Part shown: positions 52,094 through 64,000 of the stretch, piece by piece | Numbering within the stretch: position 1 is the first letter of the stretch | Layout of the letters: each line of letters starts with the position of its first letter | NCBI GenBank assembly: GCA_024679065.1 | Contig: JAGIQG010000007.1 | Coordinates: 58,032,001-58,096,000 of the forward strand | DNA length: 64,000 nucleotides | Origin: Sphyrna mokarran | Taxonomy: Eukaryota | Direction: 5' to 3' | The notes under the pieces: model-generated | The model's input: the letters and a program-made list of their open reading frames with translations, nothing else | What the model was told of the DNA's origin: nothing | The model's database searches: none | Position numbers and translations under genes: made by a program

Positions 52094-52834
52094 TCTTCTC
52101 TCTAATCTGCTGGTAACTGTCTGTAGTGTTTCTCATTGTTTAGTTGTTGGTACACTTCTTCACAGTAGTCCATTCTGTTCAGTATGATGGTGGCGCCTCC
52201 TTTGTCTGCTGGTTTGATGACAATGTTGCGGTTGGTCTTGAGAGCACAGATGGCCTTGCTTTGTGCTTGGGTGATGTTCAGGACTGTCTTGTAAGTGCGG
52301 TTGATGAATCTGGTGTTCACGCACCTCCTGATGGCTTGGGCATACATGTCCAGTCGGGGGCAGCGGCCTTCCGGAGGAGTCCAATTGGATTCATTCCTCT
52401 TTGGTTGCTGCACTGCGGATCCCTCTGTCGGCTGTTCTGGTTCATTAGCTGTCTCATTGAGTCCACTATTGGCCTCTTGGGGTTTGTGGAAGAACTCATG
52501 CAGCCTCATTTGCCTGATGAATTCCTCTGTGTCCGCTGATGGGGTCCATTTTGGTGGTGGAACAGAAATTGAGCCCTCAGCCAAGAACTTCGATTTCCTC
52601 TGATTGAAGTGTGTAGTCCGACAAGTTAACAATGGATCTCCCTGCGGTAGTGCTGTTTTCTACTGTGGTGCCAAGGGAGGCTTGGTTGTTGCTGGTGGCG
52701 ATGCCGAGTTTTTCAAGATTCCTGTTCTTGGTGTGCATGTAAATGGTGTAGTTTCTTCGTCTCATCTACTTGGCAAAGTTTCGCAGCTGATCTGCGTTCT
52801 GAGTGCAAGTTGCTATTGCAGACCAGAACACTGC

Positions 52835-52873
52835 ATTTGCCTGACAAAGACATAAAGTCGAAAGCTCGCAAAT
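52835..52873 (+). ncRNA. Minimal hammerhead motif, G8 to A mutant (probably inactive)
   Basis: ATTTGC CTGACAA a GAC ataaa GTC GAAA gc TC GCAAAT. Confidence 0.75.
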
Positions 52874-52967
52874 TTACTATCAAATAAATTGGTTGGATTT
52901 AAAATTGGTGTTGCTAGATTCTTACTGAGTTCTTACTACCCCAGTCCAACGCCGGCATCTCTATATC

Positions 52968-55638
52968 ATGACTACTATCGACACCGCATACTGCCGGATC
53001 CAAGTGGAGAGGATCTCTGAGAGAATTGCACATATCGACACAGACATCAAGTTTCTACAGAGATGCAAGAAAGCAGACAGGATACCAAAGGGACTACAGA
53101 TCACGAACCCACTCAGGTCAACCTATAACACAGACTACGTTGAGAGGCTTTGCCGTCGCACCTCTCTCACACTCCTCAATCACCTCATACACCAGCTCTA
53201 TAGCAAACGCCGCACCCTGGAAAGTAAAATGGAATACATATACTCAACTTGCGCTCAGGACGCAGATCAGCTGCGAAACTTTGCCAAGTAGATGAGACAA
53301 AGAAACTACACCATTTACATGCACACCAAGAACAGGAAACTTGAAAAACTCGGCATTGCCACCAGCAACAACCAAGCCTCCCATTGCACCACAGTAGAAA
53401 ACAACACTACCGCAGGGAGGTATATTGTTAACTTTTCGGACTACACACTTCAATCAGAGGAAATCGAAGTTCTCGGCCGAGGGCTCAATTTCTGTCCCAC
53501 CACCAAAATGGACCCCATCAGTCCTGCAGCAGACACAGAGGAATTCATCAGGCAAATGAGGCTGCATGAGTTCTTCCACAAACCCCAAGAGGCCGATAGC
53601 GAACTCAATGAGACAGCTATTGAACCAGAACAGCCGACAGAGGGATCCGCAGTGCAGCAACCGAAGAGGAATGAATCCAATTGGACTCCTCCAGAAGGCC
53701 GCTGCCCCCGACTGGACATGTATGCCCAAGCCATCAGGAGGTGTGTGAACACCAGATTCATCAACCGCACTTACAAGACAGTCCCGAACATCACCCAAGC
53801 ACAAAGCAAGGCCATCCGTGCTCTCAAGACCAACCGCAACATTGTCATCAAACCAGCAGACAAAGGAGGCGCCACCGTCATACTGAACAGAACGGACTAC
53901 TGTGAAGAAGTGTACCGACAACTAAACAATGTGAGACACTACAGACAGTTACCAGCAGATCCAACCAAAGAACACACTCGTCAACTCAACACTCTGATCA
54001 AAACCTTTGATCTGGACCTTCAGAACACCCTCTGGGCTCTCATTCCACGTACTCCCCACATTGGAGATCTCTACTGCCTCCCAAAGATACACAAGGAAAA
54101 CATACCCGGCCGTCCCATCGTATCGGGCAATGGGACCCTGTGTGAGAACCTCTCCGGCTATATCGAGGGCATCCTGAAACCTATTGTACAAAGAACCCCC
54201 AGCTTTTGTCTTGACACTACGGACTTCCTACAGAAACCCAGCACACATGGAGCAGTTGAACCAGGGACACTCCTTGCCACAATGGATGTCTCAGCGCTCT
54301 ACACCAACATCCCCCACGAAGATGGTACTGCTGCAACTGCCTCAGTACTCAATGCCAACAACTGCCAGTTTCCGGATGCAATTTTACAACTCATCCGCTT
54401 CATCTTGGACCACAATGTCTTCACCTTCATCAATCAGCTTTTCATCCAGACACACAGAACAGTCATGGGGACCAAATTCTCACCTCAGTACGCCAACATC
54501 TTCATGCACAGGTTCGAACAAGACTTCTTCACCACACGAGATCTTCAACCAAAGTTATATACTAGATACATTGATGACATCTTTTTCCTTTGGACTCATG
54601 GTGAACAATCATTGAAACAACTGTATGATGATATCAACAAGTTCCATCCCACCATCAGACTCACCATGGACTATTCTCCAGAATCAGTTGCATTCTTGGA
54701 CACACGCATCTCCATCAAGGACGGTCACCTCAGCACCTCACTGTACCGCAAACCAACAGACAACCTCACAATGCTCCACTTCTCCAGCTTCCACCCTAGA
54801 CACGTTAAAGAAGCCATTCCCTATGGACAAGCCCTCCGTATACACAGAATTTGCTCAGATGAGGAGGATCGTGACAGACACCTCCAGACGCTGAAGGATG
54901 CCCTCGTGAGAACAGGATATGGCGCTCGACTCATCGATCGACAGTTCCAACGTGCCACAGCGATAAACCGCACTGACCTCCTCAGAAGACGAACACGGGA
55001 CACGGTGGACAGAGTACCCTTTGTTGTCCAGTACTTCCCCGGAGCGGAGAAGCTACGACATCTTCTCCGGAGTCTTCAACATATCATTGATGACGATGAA
55101 CATCTCGCTAGGGCCATCCCCACCCCCCCACTTCTTGCTTTCAGACAACCGCACAACCTCAAACAGATCATTGTTCGCAGCAAACTACCCAACCTTCAGG
55201 AGAACAGAGACCACAATACCACACAACCCTGCCACAGCAACCTCTGCAAGACATGCCAGATCATAGACATGGACGACATCATCAAACGTGAGGATACCAT
55301 TCACCAGTTACTCTTGCAACTCGGCCAACGTTGTCTACCTAATACATTGCAAGAAAGGATGTCCCGAAGCATGGTACATTGGGGAGACCATGCAGACACA
55401 ACGACAGCAGGTGAATGAGCATCGCTCAACAATCACCAGGCAAAACAGTTCCCTTCCTGTGAGCGAACACTTCAGCAGTCACGGGCATTCGGCCTCCGAC
55501 CTGCGGGTAAATGTTCTTCAAGGGGGCCTTCGTGACACACAACAGCGCAGAGTCGCTGAGCAGAGACTGATAGCCAAGTTCCGCACACATGAGGACGGTC
55601 TTAATAGGGATCTTGGCTTCATGACACACTATCTGTAA
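52968..55638 (+). pseudogene. PLE RT-GIY-YIG polyprotein, interrupted by an in-frame TAG (53289-53291) and a 1-nt frameshift near 55308
   Basis: ORFs 52968-53291, 53292-55418 and 55288-55638 are consecutive pieces; KPADKGG, RYIDD and VVYLIHC/YIGET motifs. Confidence 0.92.
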
Positions 55639-55852
55639 CCCCCGTAACTTGCCTGGGTTAGCAAAAAACCTCACTTACTGTGCTGTCTGGAGAAAATACA
55701 CAATTCTCTAACCAATGCTCAGGATTCCCTTCACACACATTGTTAGCCACTTTAACACTTGAATAGCAGGTTAGATGTAAGGATTCGCATTCTAATCAGC
55801 AATCTGTGACTGTCTGTGTTGATATGTGTGCTATTGCAGACCAGAACACTGC

Positions 55853-55891
55853 ATTTGCCTGACGAAGACAGAAAATCAAAAGCTTGCAAAT
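55853..55891 (+). ncRNA. Minimal hammerhead motif, G12 to A mutant with broken stem II (probably inactive)
   Basis: ATTTGC CTGACGA a GAC agaaa ATC AAAA gc TT GCAAAT. Confidence 0.7.
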
Positions 55892-57267
55892 TTACTATCA
55901 AATAAATTGGTTGGATTTAAAATTGGTGTTCCTGGCTAGCCAGTATTATTTCTCATCCTGAGTTGCCTTTGTTCAGAAGGCAGTTGAAAGTTAACCACAT
56001 TATTAGTGGTTCAGGAGTCACATGCCGGCCAGACCAGATAAGGATGTCCGATTTTCTTCCCTAAAGGACATTAGTAAACTGATGGGTTTTTCTGATAATC
56101 AACAATGGTCTCATAGTCATCAGCAGATTCTTAATTCCAGATTTTTTTTATTGAATTCAAATTCCACCATCTGACATGATGGGATTTGGTCACCAGGCAT
56201 TAGCTAAGTTTCTGAATTAATACTCTAGCAATAATACCACTAGTCCATCATCTCCCTCCTGATGATTATTTAAACCTATTGATAAGATTGTGTATAATAT
56301 TCTGGCACCTCAGATTGTTTTGCAGAGATATTAAAGTTGTTGAATTGCCAGTTGTTATCCTGATTGGCCTATTTTATTTATTTGGGTGGTATTTGTGTTT
56401 TGCATGTATAGACCTCCTCCAGGCAGAACTCTCAGCACTGCGAGGAAGCTTTACAACCATAGACATGTGGACATGTTAAATATTCTTTTTGTTTGTTTTT
56501 CTAAGTTCAGAATCATATAATTGCTATTTACTCCTCTGGCACCCACCAGAAATTCAGGGTACAGTAATTACCACTAATTTGCATTTTTACATGTTCTTAA
56601 ACATCAAATATTGTATCCAACATATTTATGATTTATTGGAATAGAACGTGGAAATTAAAACATTAATTAAGTTCAAAATTGTGGAAAAGGTCTTGCTTTG
56701 GTAAACCAGGCTGCTATTGTTCTGTTTTTGATACTTTAATTTTCTCAGATTCACTTTGGGTGTACATTTCAGTTGCTGGATTCCAAATTCATTCAATAAA
56801 ATAATTGGGATATACTTAATAATAGCCAGAGAAGAACACAGACTTTTTCTATTATGCATGGCATATACATATGATCTTTATGTTTAAATCCATGCCATAG
56901 TGAAGATCGCCAATCAAATTATGTGATTTTTGGTAAATGTGCATATTTATGTTCGTTTTTATTGAGAGGTAAAGTTGAGGTACAAAAGGGCAAATAAGGT
57001 ATTAAGCATGTCAACCATTTTTATGTGCTGATAACATATGTTGTGAAATTATATCAAATAATTTAAAGTTCAACTTGAAACTCCAACCATATTAACGTCT
57101 GATGGACGTGGCACATTGGATGAAAATAACATTAAGCAAATTTACTTATGTTACTTATTTGAAACAAGGTTGGACTAGCAAGGGGATTGCATTTCCTCAC
57201 TCTATGTAGTGTATTACTGGCGCATTATGTTGTGTAAGAGGAAGAATTGGGATAGGCATAGTATCAG

Positions 57268-57450
57268 AGGTTTTCCTCTGGGTGCTCATGTTTCTTCCCA
57301 CAGTCTGAAAGATGTACTGGTTAGGTGCATTGGACATGCTAAATTCTCCCTCACTGTGCCCAAACAGAAGCCTGAGTGTGGCAATTAGGGGATTTTCACA
57401 GTAACTTCATTGCAGTATTAATGTAAGCCAACTGGTAATACTAATAATCT
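57268..57450 (+). mobile_element. 5'-truncated V-SINE
   Basis: ggttttcctctgggtgctc...ttcccacagtctgaaagatgtactggttaggtgcattggacatgctaaattctccc V-domain and a taataa tail. Confidence 0.75.
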
Positions 57451-60400
57451 TAACTGTGATATGCTAATGTGACAAAATATACATCATCACAGGAAGTGAT
57501 GTATTGTCTTATGATTGCTCTCTTGTTGAACCTTGTGGTGTGATGCAGCAGAAGATATATTCCATTAAAGTTAATTTTTCCTTATTTCAGCAGACTGTGT
57601 GAATATTTGGTGTCAGCACAAGGCCATGAATACTACACACAAGATTTTATTCCCTGCTGATTTTTGAGGTTTTGCCTCCATTGGAACAAGGAATAAATGG
57701 AGGAGAGCATCATTTAAGAGGACACTTCCGCTGCAAGTGACATCACAGCACTCTTCTTCGCTGAATTATTTTGTGCTATGTCTACATCTGACACAACAAT
57801 CTTATCTTCATCACCTTCAAATGAAGTGACCCATGTGTCATCATACCACATTACACATCAATATGCTTTGTACCTAGAGGTTATCCTAGAGATGATCATC
57901 AGCAACTGAGTAAGACAATGCCTTCCTATAAAATAAATAAAAGGGTGATGCCAGTACATGTTCTATTTTAATATAACACAGCCAAAATGGTCACATGTCT
58001 ATTCACTCATTCCTAAGAGCTTTTCTTCTCCCTGGTCTTACATATTCAACCTGAAGCCAATATCGCAGTAAGTAGTTGGCTGCTGACGTTTTGCAAAGGA
58101 TCATGGGACCCATATGATCCTTGACTCCTGGTAGGTAATTTCTGACAAATGAACCATTCGAGGCTCCATCCTTAAAGATTGTTCTGCTCGCCTGAGTGGT
58201 ATCACTTACGTTTTGCTGTAATAGTATTTTGAAGGGGAAAGCTGGAAACAGATGTTAGTATTAGACAGGTGGGAAAAAGACTGTCTTTTTGACAGTGGGG
58301 GCGGGGGGGAGGTGTGGCTGGGTGGGGGGTTCCATCCCGACTGTCTGCCCCTCTACCGCAGCTACATTCCTGACCAGGTGTCCCTGGAGAGGGAGCATGC
58401 GGTGTCCATGGGCACAGTTGACGCCTTGCCTGTCCTCTGGGCACTGCATCTCCCTTGCATCTCCTCTGAATTTTGAATAAGCAGAAGTTGCCATGCTTTG
58501 GCTGTCTTCAATTCCATCTCCTTCTGCCATCAAAGTTTTAGCTAGCATCTCTGTGGAGATACAGGCACTGAAATGCTCCAATTCATTGGGGATTTGCTGC
58601 AGATTTCAAGTAAGTTCTCCATGCATGCATGAAATAAAGAAAAAGATTTTCCAATGTGACCCAAATCAGAGCTGCAGATCTGAAAGATACAGCAGTTGTT
58701 TGTAACACATTTGGATGCTCAAGCACCCTTTTGAGTATTCATTAGTTTTGGGTTCCATAGTTTCAAAGCCATAGACAGTCTCTTATCTTCTCCTGTGATA
58801 CAAACAGAATGCTTCACAGAAATTGTATCTTCAGAGTTGAGTTAGTGAGGGAAAGTCTTTTAGTTAAACAATTTATATGAATTGACAAGAGGGCTGAAGT
58901 AGATATGGAAATAAAAGATTACTGCAGGAAGGAGTTTTATGGTTGCCCTATATGTTGTTGCTGCAAAGAGATTTACCCATGGTGCAAAATCACAAGTTAG
59001 AATACCTCATTTAACATTCAACATTACTGGGTAGGAAGAGATGACTTCTTGTATCTGGCCTGCCATTCACTATCTGGGAAGCTTAATCAGATAATATTGT
59101 GAAGTGTTAGTTCTGCAAATGCTCCATAAAGGGAGTGAAGAGTGTGCTGGTGCCCAGGGTGGTCAAGGAATCAAAGGGAGTATGTCTAATGTATTATCTT
59201 GCTTAGTTTGGTGAGGTCATTCAACCTCTTTCGTGATGAATCTGCAGTCCTGCGGGCAGTGCCACTTCCGCTAGCTGGGATGAATGAGATTTGTTGCAGC
59301 CTGACTGGCACAAACAGCTAGCAGTCTGTGTCTCTCTATCTTTATTGACGCCAAGAAAACTTGGAGATCGGAGTCTGGAAAATTCTTCTATGCTTGAGTA
59401 CCATGCCCTACTTCCTTGTTTGACAGCTCATTCCAGTGGTTCCTACTGCAGACGTTGTTGAAATGTAAAAGTAGAAGATTGATGAGCCATGAATTGAAGT
59501 TATCTGAGAGTCCGGTGACTGAATAAGCGCTGCTTCTTTCTCACTTGCTTGTCCACCAGTCTCCGTGGCATTGTTTAGTGAAGAATGTCTTTCTAAAGGT
59601 TTCATTCTAAATGCTATATAATTATAGCTATATTACACAGGATTTATGGCAATCGCTGCTCTGATGACTATGCAACTGAGCTGATCCAGGAAAAGTCTCA
59701 TCTAAATATCTGTTCAGACAAACAGTGGGAGCAAATCTTTTTCCCTCAAGAGTATCACAGTCTGAATCACTGGCAGGAAATTCAACCCACTGACTTATTT
59801 AAATGCACGGTTCTCACACCCCCATATTTTCCCATAGGGATCATTAGTTTTTCTGTGTTTCCTTCTTCCACTACTAAAAAGACTCTGAGAAATTCCGTAC
59901 ATCTGTGACTTTGATACAATTCAGAGAAACTTTGGAAGACATTCTGTTTAATTGCTCCTATCAACAGACAACATTGTCTATTTTATTCAGAAATGAGATG
60001 ACAGATGTGCTTCATAATCTGTTTTTAGAAGAATGCACGTATCTCTGACAATTGCAAAATTGCCTGAGGCACACTTATTCATTATATATGCAATCGCCAA
60101 GTAACTTGCTTTGGGACTGAACTAACAAAGCAGGTAAATAATAAAAGATAATTCCTTGATTGGTGAATTACCTTTTTACATATAAGATGGTTATTAGAAC
60201 GCTGATTTATGCTGGTTTTCTATAAGCTTGTTCCAGAGCCATGTTTTAATTTATATTTGAATAGGAGACAGTAGATTGGTATGGTGCCCAGCAAATCATG
60301 CATTCCCAACATACTTCCCACAATTTTTCACAAAGGTGGCTTGAATGGAAACAAATCCATTAGAGATATAAGGATGGAAAACCCTTGACCCTATTGTTCC

Positions 60401-61639
60401 AGCAGAGCAGTGACCTCCACTCCAAACCTTGGCAAGTATCCAGTTCAGGACAGGATCATTTGACTTAAACAGTAGGCCAGAGCAGGCACAATTTGAGTTT
60501 CTGCCAATTGAGGTAATGGCACTAGCTGGTTACAGGCAGACCTGCCAGTTCCAACACTAAATGCTTGTCTTTATGTGGTACCTTTTGTAAAAGGCTGATG
60601 GTATAAATGAAATTATCATTTCTATTGGAAGGCTAAGTTAGGACCCTGACCTGGAGCCTCAGGTGGGTCCTTGCTCCAATGCTGAACAGATCGGTATGCC
60701 AGCTTCATTCAGCATTCGGTGTCAGGGAGGCCAGATCCAAGAAATTCCCAGTGTGAGAATTCCATTCACTAGCCTTGCTCCCTTCGGATTTCATGGACCA
60801 TGTTTAAGGCAGAAGGAGGTTTGTTCCATCTGTCTATGACAGAAAGTCTTGATCAGACTCATATTTGGTGTATCCAAGGCTTTGGGGTGATGAACATGTG
60901 GCTATATTACACACTTGGCTGGTTTAAATTGGGAATGGGAATGAGCATGTAATCTAGCAGAAATATAGAATCAATGTTGCTGCTGTGTATTTGCAACATG
61001 TTATTTTGTATAGTGTTCGATGGTGATCCATCAACTTCAAACAATTACATATCTACTGGATTTTTAAGAACATAATGCTGTGTCCCAATTAACAGGAAGT
61101 TTTTTTTAATTTTGAGCAACTGACCAAGCAGAGCTCGGGTCTATTCGAGTGAAGTTCTTGCCATAGTGTGGACTTCTTGATCAAGTCAACCAGCAGCTGA
61201 TGAAATTCCCAATCAGAAGTAACTGGTGAAGTCAAATAATATCTGAATATTAAATGAACTTGTAACCAGTTAATGTTAACAGACCAATTGCTAATGGTTA
61301 AATTAATTGTTCAGATTTTCAATTGGTCATCCACGACGGTCCACAGATTAAAACTAGAAAACATCACCAGGCTCCATCTCTAAACTGCTTTAATTTTCAT
61401 TAAGACCCAATTGTAAAATATTCTGCCTCAAAATTTCAGAGACCTCTTCACCCCACTTTCAGCCTTCGTTTTTTCATTTATCTGCTGCCTCCTGGCAACA
61501 TCATCTGAAGGCACAACATATGTTTGCTAACAATACACAACTCATCACCGTGTGGGGTGGGACTTGGGAGGGAATTGCTCCTGGGGTCTGGGAAACCAAT
61601 GCCTTCCTTTTCTCTGTGACACAGCATTGAGGGGCCTCC

Positions 61640-63070
61640 CCAACTGGCATCAACGTGAAGGATCCCTCAGACAACCATCAATGGAAGAAGATTCATAATC
61701 GAGGCAAATTAGTCACAGATAGGAGATGAAAAAACATCTATTTACAATAAAGATGTTTAAATAAGATGTTGTAACATAAAAACTTATGAATGGAACACTT
61801 TAAGGTGCTTAAATATCTTTCTAACTGTGCAACCCTTCACCTGTGCCATCTCAGTGCAACTACAACTTCCTAACCTTACATGGCTTACCACTATGACACC
61901 CCAGAATGTACATCGGAGTGGAGGGGACCTCTGCCATGGCCTGTGATATGTATGTGGGGGGTTACCTCTGGAGGCTCTGGATCTTGAGGGCCTTGGCCTA
62001 CTCCCAGGTGTCTGGAATTTTCCCTGACATCCTCTCCATCCTGCTGCCCCTGAGATGCCCTGGTGTCAGAAGGGAGGAGTCCCTAGCCACAGTCTCCTAG
62101 CTGGAAGATGCAGGCATGGGCTCAAGACATTCCTCCTGCCTTGGGGTTCCCATGGGCCTCTGGGTCACTCCATGCAGTGAGCTCCAGAAGCTCTGGTATC
62201 ACCTGGCACTGCCTCCTGGAGGACCACCTGCATCCTACCCATGGTGGTTGAGCCCTTTTCAATGGCTGATTGTGCGCACAATTTGTGCAGGAATGCCTGC
62301 CTGCCTGTACATTCTTGAATTTTTAATGGAGTTGCCCCTTGTTAGGCAGATCAGCTGCAGGCAGTTTGACAGAGCATTCTAACAAGTTACATACAGTTTG
62401 CTTGTTAACACTGAGGGAAAGGCAAGTGAGCACTTGCAGGAGAGCTGATGGAGTGGGGGGCAGTGATGGTGGATGAACGCCTCAGTAATTTGAGACAGGG
62501 GAGAAAGAGGGAGATATCACGCAGCCATCTGAGTCTGAGGAGATTGGAGCCTCGTGTGTGAGGATCCAGGGTAGGGGTGAGGGGGGTCACCCTGCTTGAC
62601 ATCTGTAGCGTGGAGGGAGGAGGGTGGATCTCTCTGCCTGAGATGAGTGAGGGGGAAGTGGGTGCCTCCTGCCACTCTGCCTGAGATCATTGGGGAGAAG
62701 GGTGGAGGGCACTGCGATTGATCTGGGTGGTGGGTGGGTGGGGAATAAATGGGTCAATATTGTTGTGGGGGTGGGGCAATGTCTGTGGGGCCAGCCAGAG
62801 GCATTATCCAACCCAGGAATGATGTGGCAGCGGAGCGTTTTTCTATTCTTTTTCTGTGTATGTGCAGTTGGAGGCGCTGAAGGGAACAGTAGGGTTTTGG
62901 GTGTGTTAAGCCCTGCCCACAAGCTTGTGCAGCATGATTCAGGGTCATGCGATTTTTTTCAGGCAGAGTGCAAATGGGGGTGCCTGACAACAGGTCTAAA
63001 ATTCAGATGTGAAACACTCTCAGTTTCAAATCCACCCAGAACTTAGAATCAAAATGGCAAAATCAGATCC
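61640..63070. mobile_element. Harbinger relic: accessory-gene 3' exon (minus) and a right end related to the 30490/35827 family
   Basis: 61900-62300 resembles the reverse complement of 1700-2070; 62830-63070 matches 31430-31598 and ends cttagaatcaaaatggcaaaatcagatcc. Confidence 0.5.
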
Positions 63071-63414
63071 TTAGTGTTTAAAATTTTTGGAACTAATTGA
63101 ATGAGAGAAGATCTGTTATTCGGAAAGCCTGGCAATCACACCAGGTTTCATTATGTGAGTTCTGCTGAAGGTTTTCAAGGATGCAATTTCCTCAAGATAT
63201 TTGGGAACACCACTTGGATGCTGGGAGGATATGCGAGAACAGTTGAGCTGGAGGATCTGCTGCCTCAACCCGAATTTAAAGGCAGATTGAAAAGGGGCAG
63301 AATCTGACTACGACAAAATTCCATAGCTGCCCTGGAATAATTCTGTTGTAAATTCAATGGATGCAGACTAGAATTGTTCCAAATTTGACAAGGGCAAAGT
63401 TGTGTTACAATTAG

Positions 63415-64000
63415 TTAACAGAGTCCTCACCTGGACTCTGGCTGGCAGATAGAAGACAGAGGGTGGTGGTTGATGGGAGATATTCATCGTGGAGTTCGGT
63501 GACGAGTGGTGTGCCTCAGGGGTCTGTTTTGGGGCCCCTGCTGTTTGTAATTTTTATAAATGATCTGGATGAGGGTATTGAGGGATGGATCAGAAAATTT
63601 GCAGATGATACTAAAGTTGGTGGTGTGGTAGATAGTGAAGAGGGGTGTTTTCGTTTACAGAGTGACTTGGACAAGTTGCAGAGCTGGGCCGAGAGGTGGC
63701 AAATGGAGTTTAATGTGGAAAAGTGTGAGGTAATGCACTTTGGCAGGAAAAATAAATGTGTAGAGTTTAGGGCTAATGGTAGGGCTCTTAATAGTGTTGA
63801 GGAACAGAAGGATCTTGGTGTATGTGTCAATAGATCCCTGAAAGTAGGCAGTCAAGTGGATAAAGTTGTTAAGAAGGCATATGGAGTCTTAGCTTTCATT
63901 GGTAGGGGGATTGAATTTCGGAGCCGCAACGTCATGTTGCAACTGTACAAAACTCTAGTGCAGCCGCACTTGGAGTATTGTGTGCAGTTCTGGTCCCCAC
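63415..64000 (+). mobile_element. 5'-truncated CR1 LINE RT, runs off the window edge
   Basis: [45 protein letters not shown] and LYKTLVQPHLEYCVQFWSP; same subfamily as 4809-5783. Confidence 0.95.

Larger units (their letters stand above)
50036..52812 (-). mobile_element. Penelope-like element, 5'-truncated left arm with 3' pLTR and tail
   Basis: Reverse complement of 53245-55930 plus 52913-52969; 8-nt deletion near 52540 and a 51-nt patch at 52054-52104. Confidence 0.97.
52811..55930 (+). mobile_element. Penelope-like element (Neptune-like), full-length right arm with 102-bp direct pLTR repeats (52811-52912, 55829-55930)
   Basis: pLTR-ORF-pLTR layout; the Cys-rich RT-EN linker suggests the Neptune group. 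Confidence 0.97.
49991..56256 (-). mobile_element. tRNA-derived SINE with CR1-like tail, split into 49991-50035 and 55925-56256 by the PLE palindrome
   Basis: Removing the insertion restores tgggatatgggtgttcctggctagccagtattatttctcatcc; minus-strand head gggagatgatggactagtggtattattgctag. Confidence 0.75.

Noticed and set aside
50348-55674. Many paired alternative-frame and antisense ORFs inside the PLE arms
   Set aside because: They are duplicated only because of the palindrome; shadows of the RT ORF.
58484-58609. Open segment ending at a strong gtaagt donor
   Set aside because: Poor acceptor and an unrecognisable peptide.

Overview
Eukaryotic, repeat-dense, AT-rich non-coding DNA, almost certainly from a cartilaginous fish (shark-type CR1 LINEs, HE1/V-SINEs, Deu-domain SINEs, Harbinger relics). 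I recognise no host protein-coding exon, rRNA, tRNA or CRISPR array; most short ORFs in the track are noise or TE remnants. The main feature is a 5.9-kb single insertion (50036-55930) of two head-to-head copies of a Penelope-like element (PLE; RT plus GIY-YIG, Neptune-like). It forms a ~2.7-kb-arm palindrome, is flanked by one 14-bp target-site duplication, splits an older SINE and carries three minimal hammerhead ribozyme motifs, only one with an intact core. A small PLE insertion at 25473-26152 has the same architecture: inverted arms, a 14-bp TSD, GTGTT microhomology and the same CATCAT end point. Several locally templated inverted insertions or repair scars are also visible. Family names come from remembered motifs, not database searches; boundaries of old repeats are approximate.
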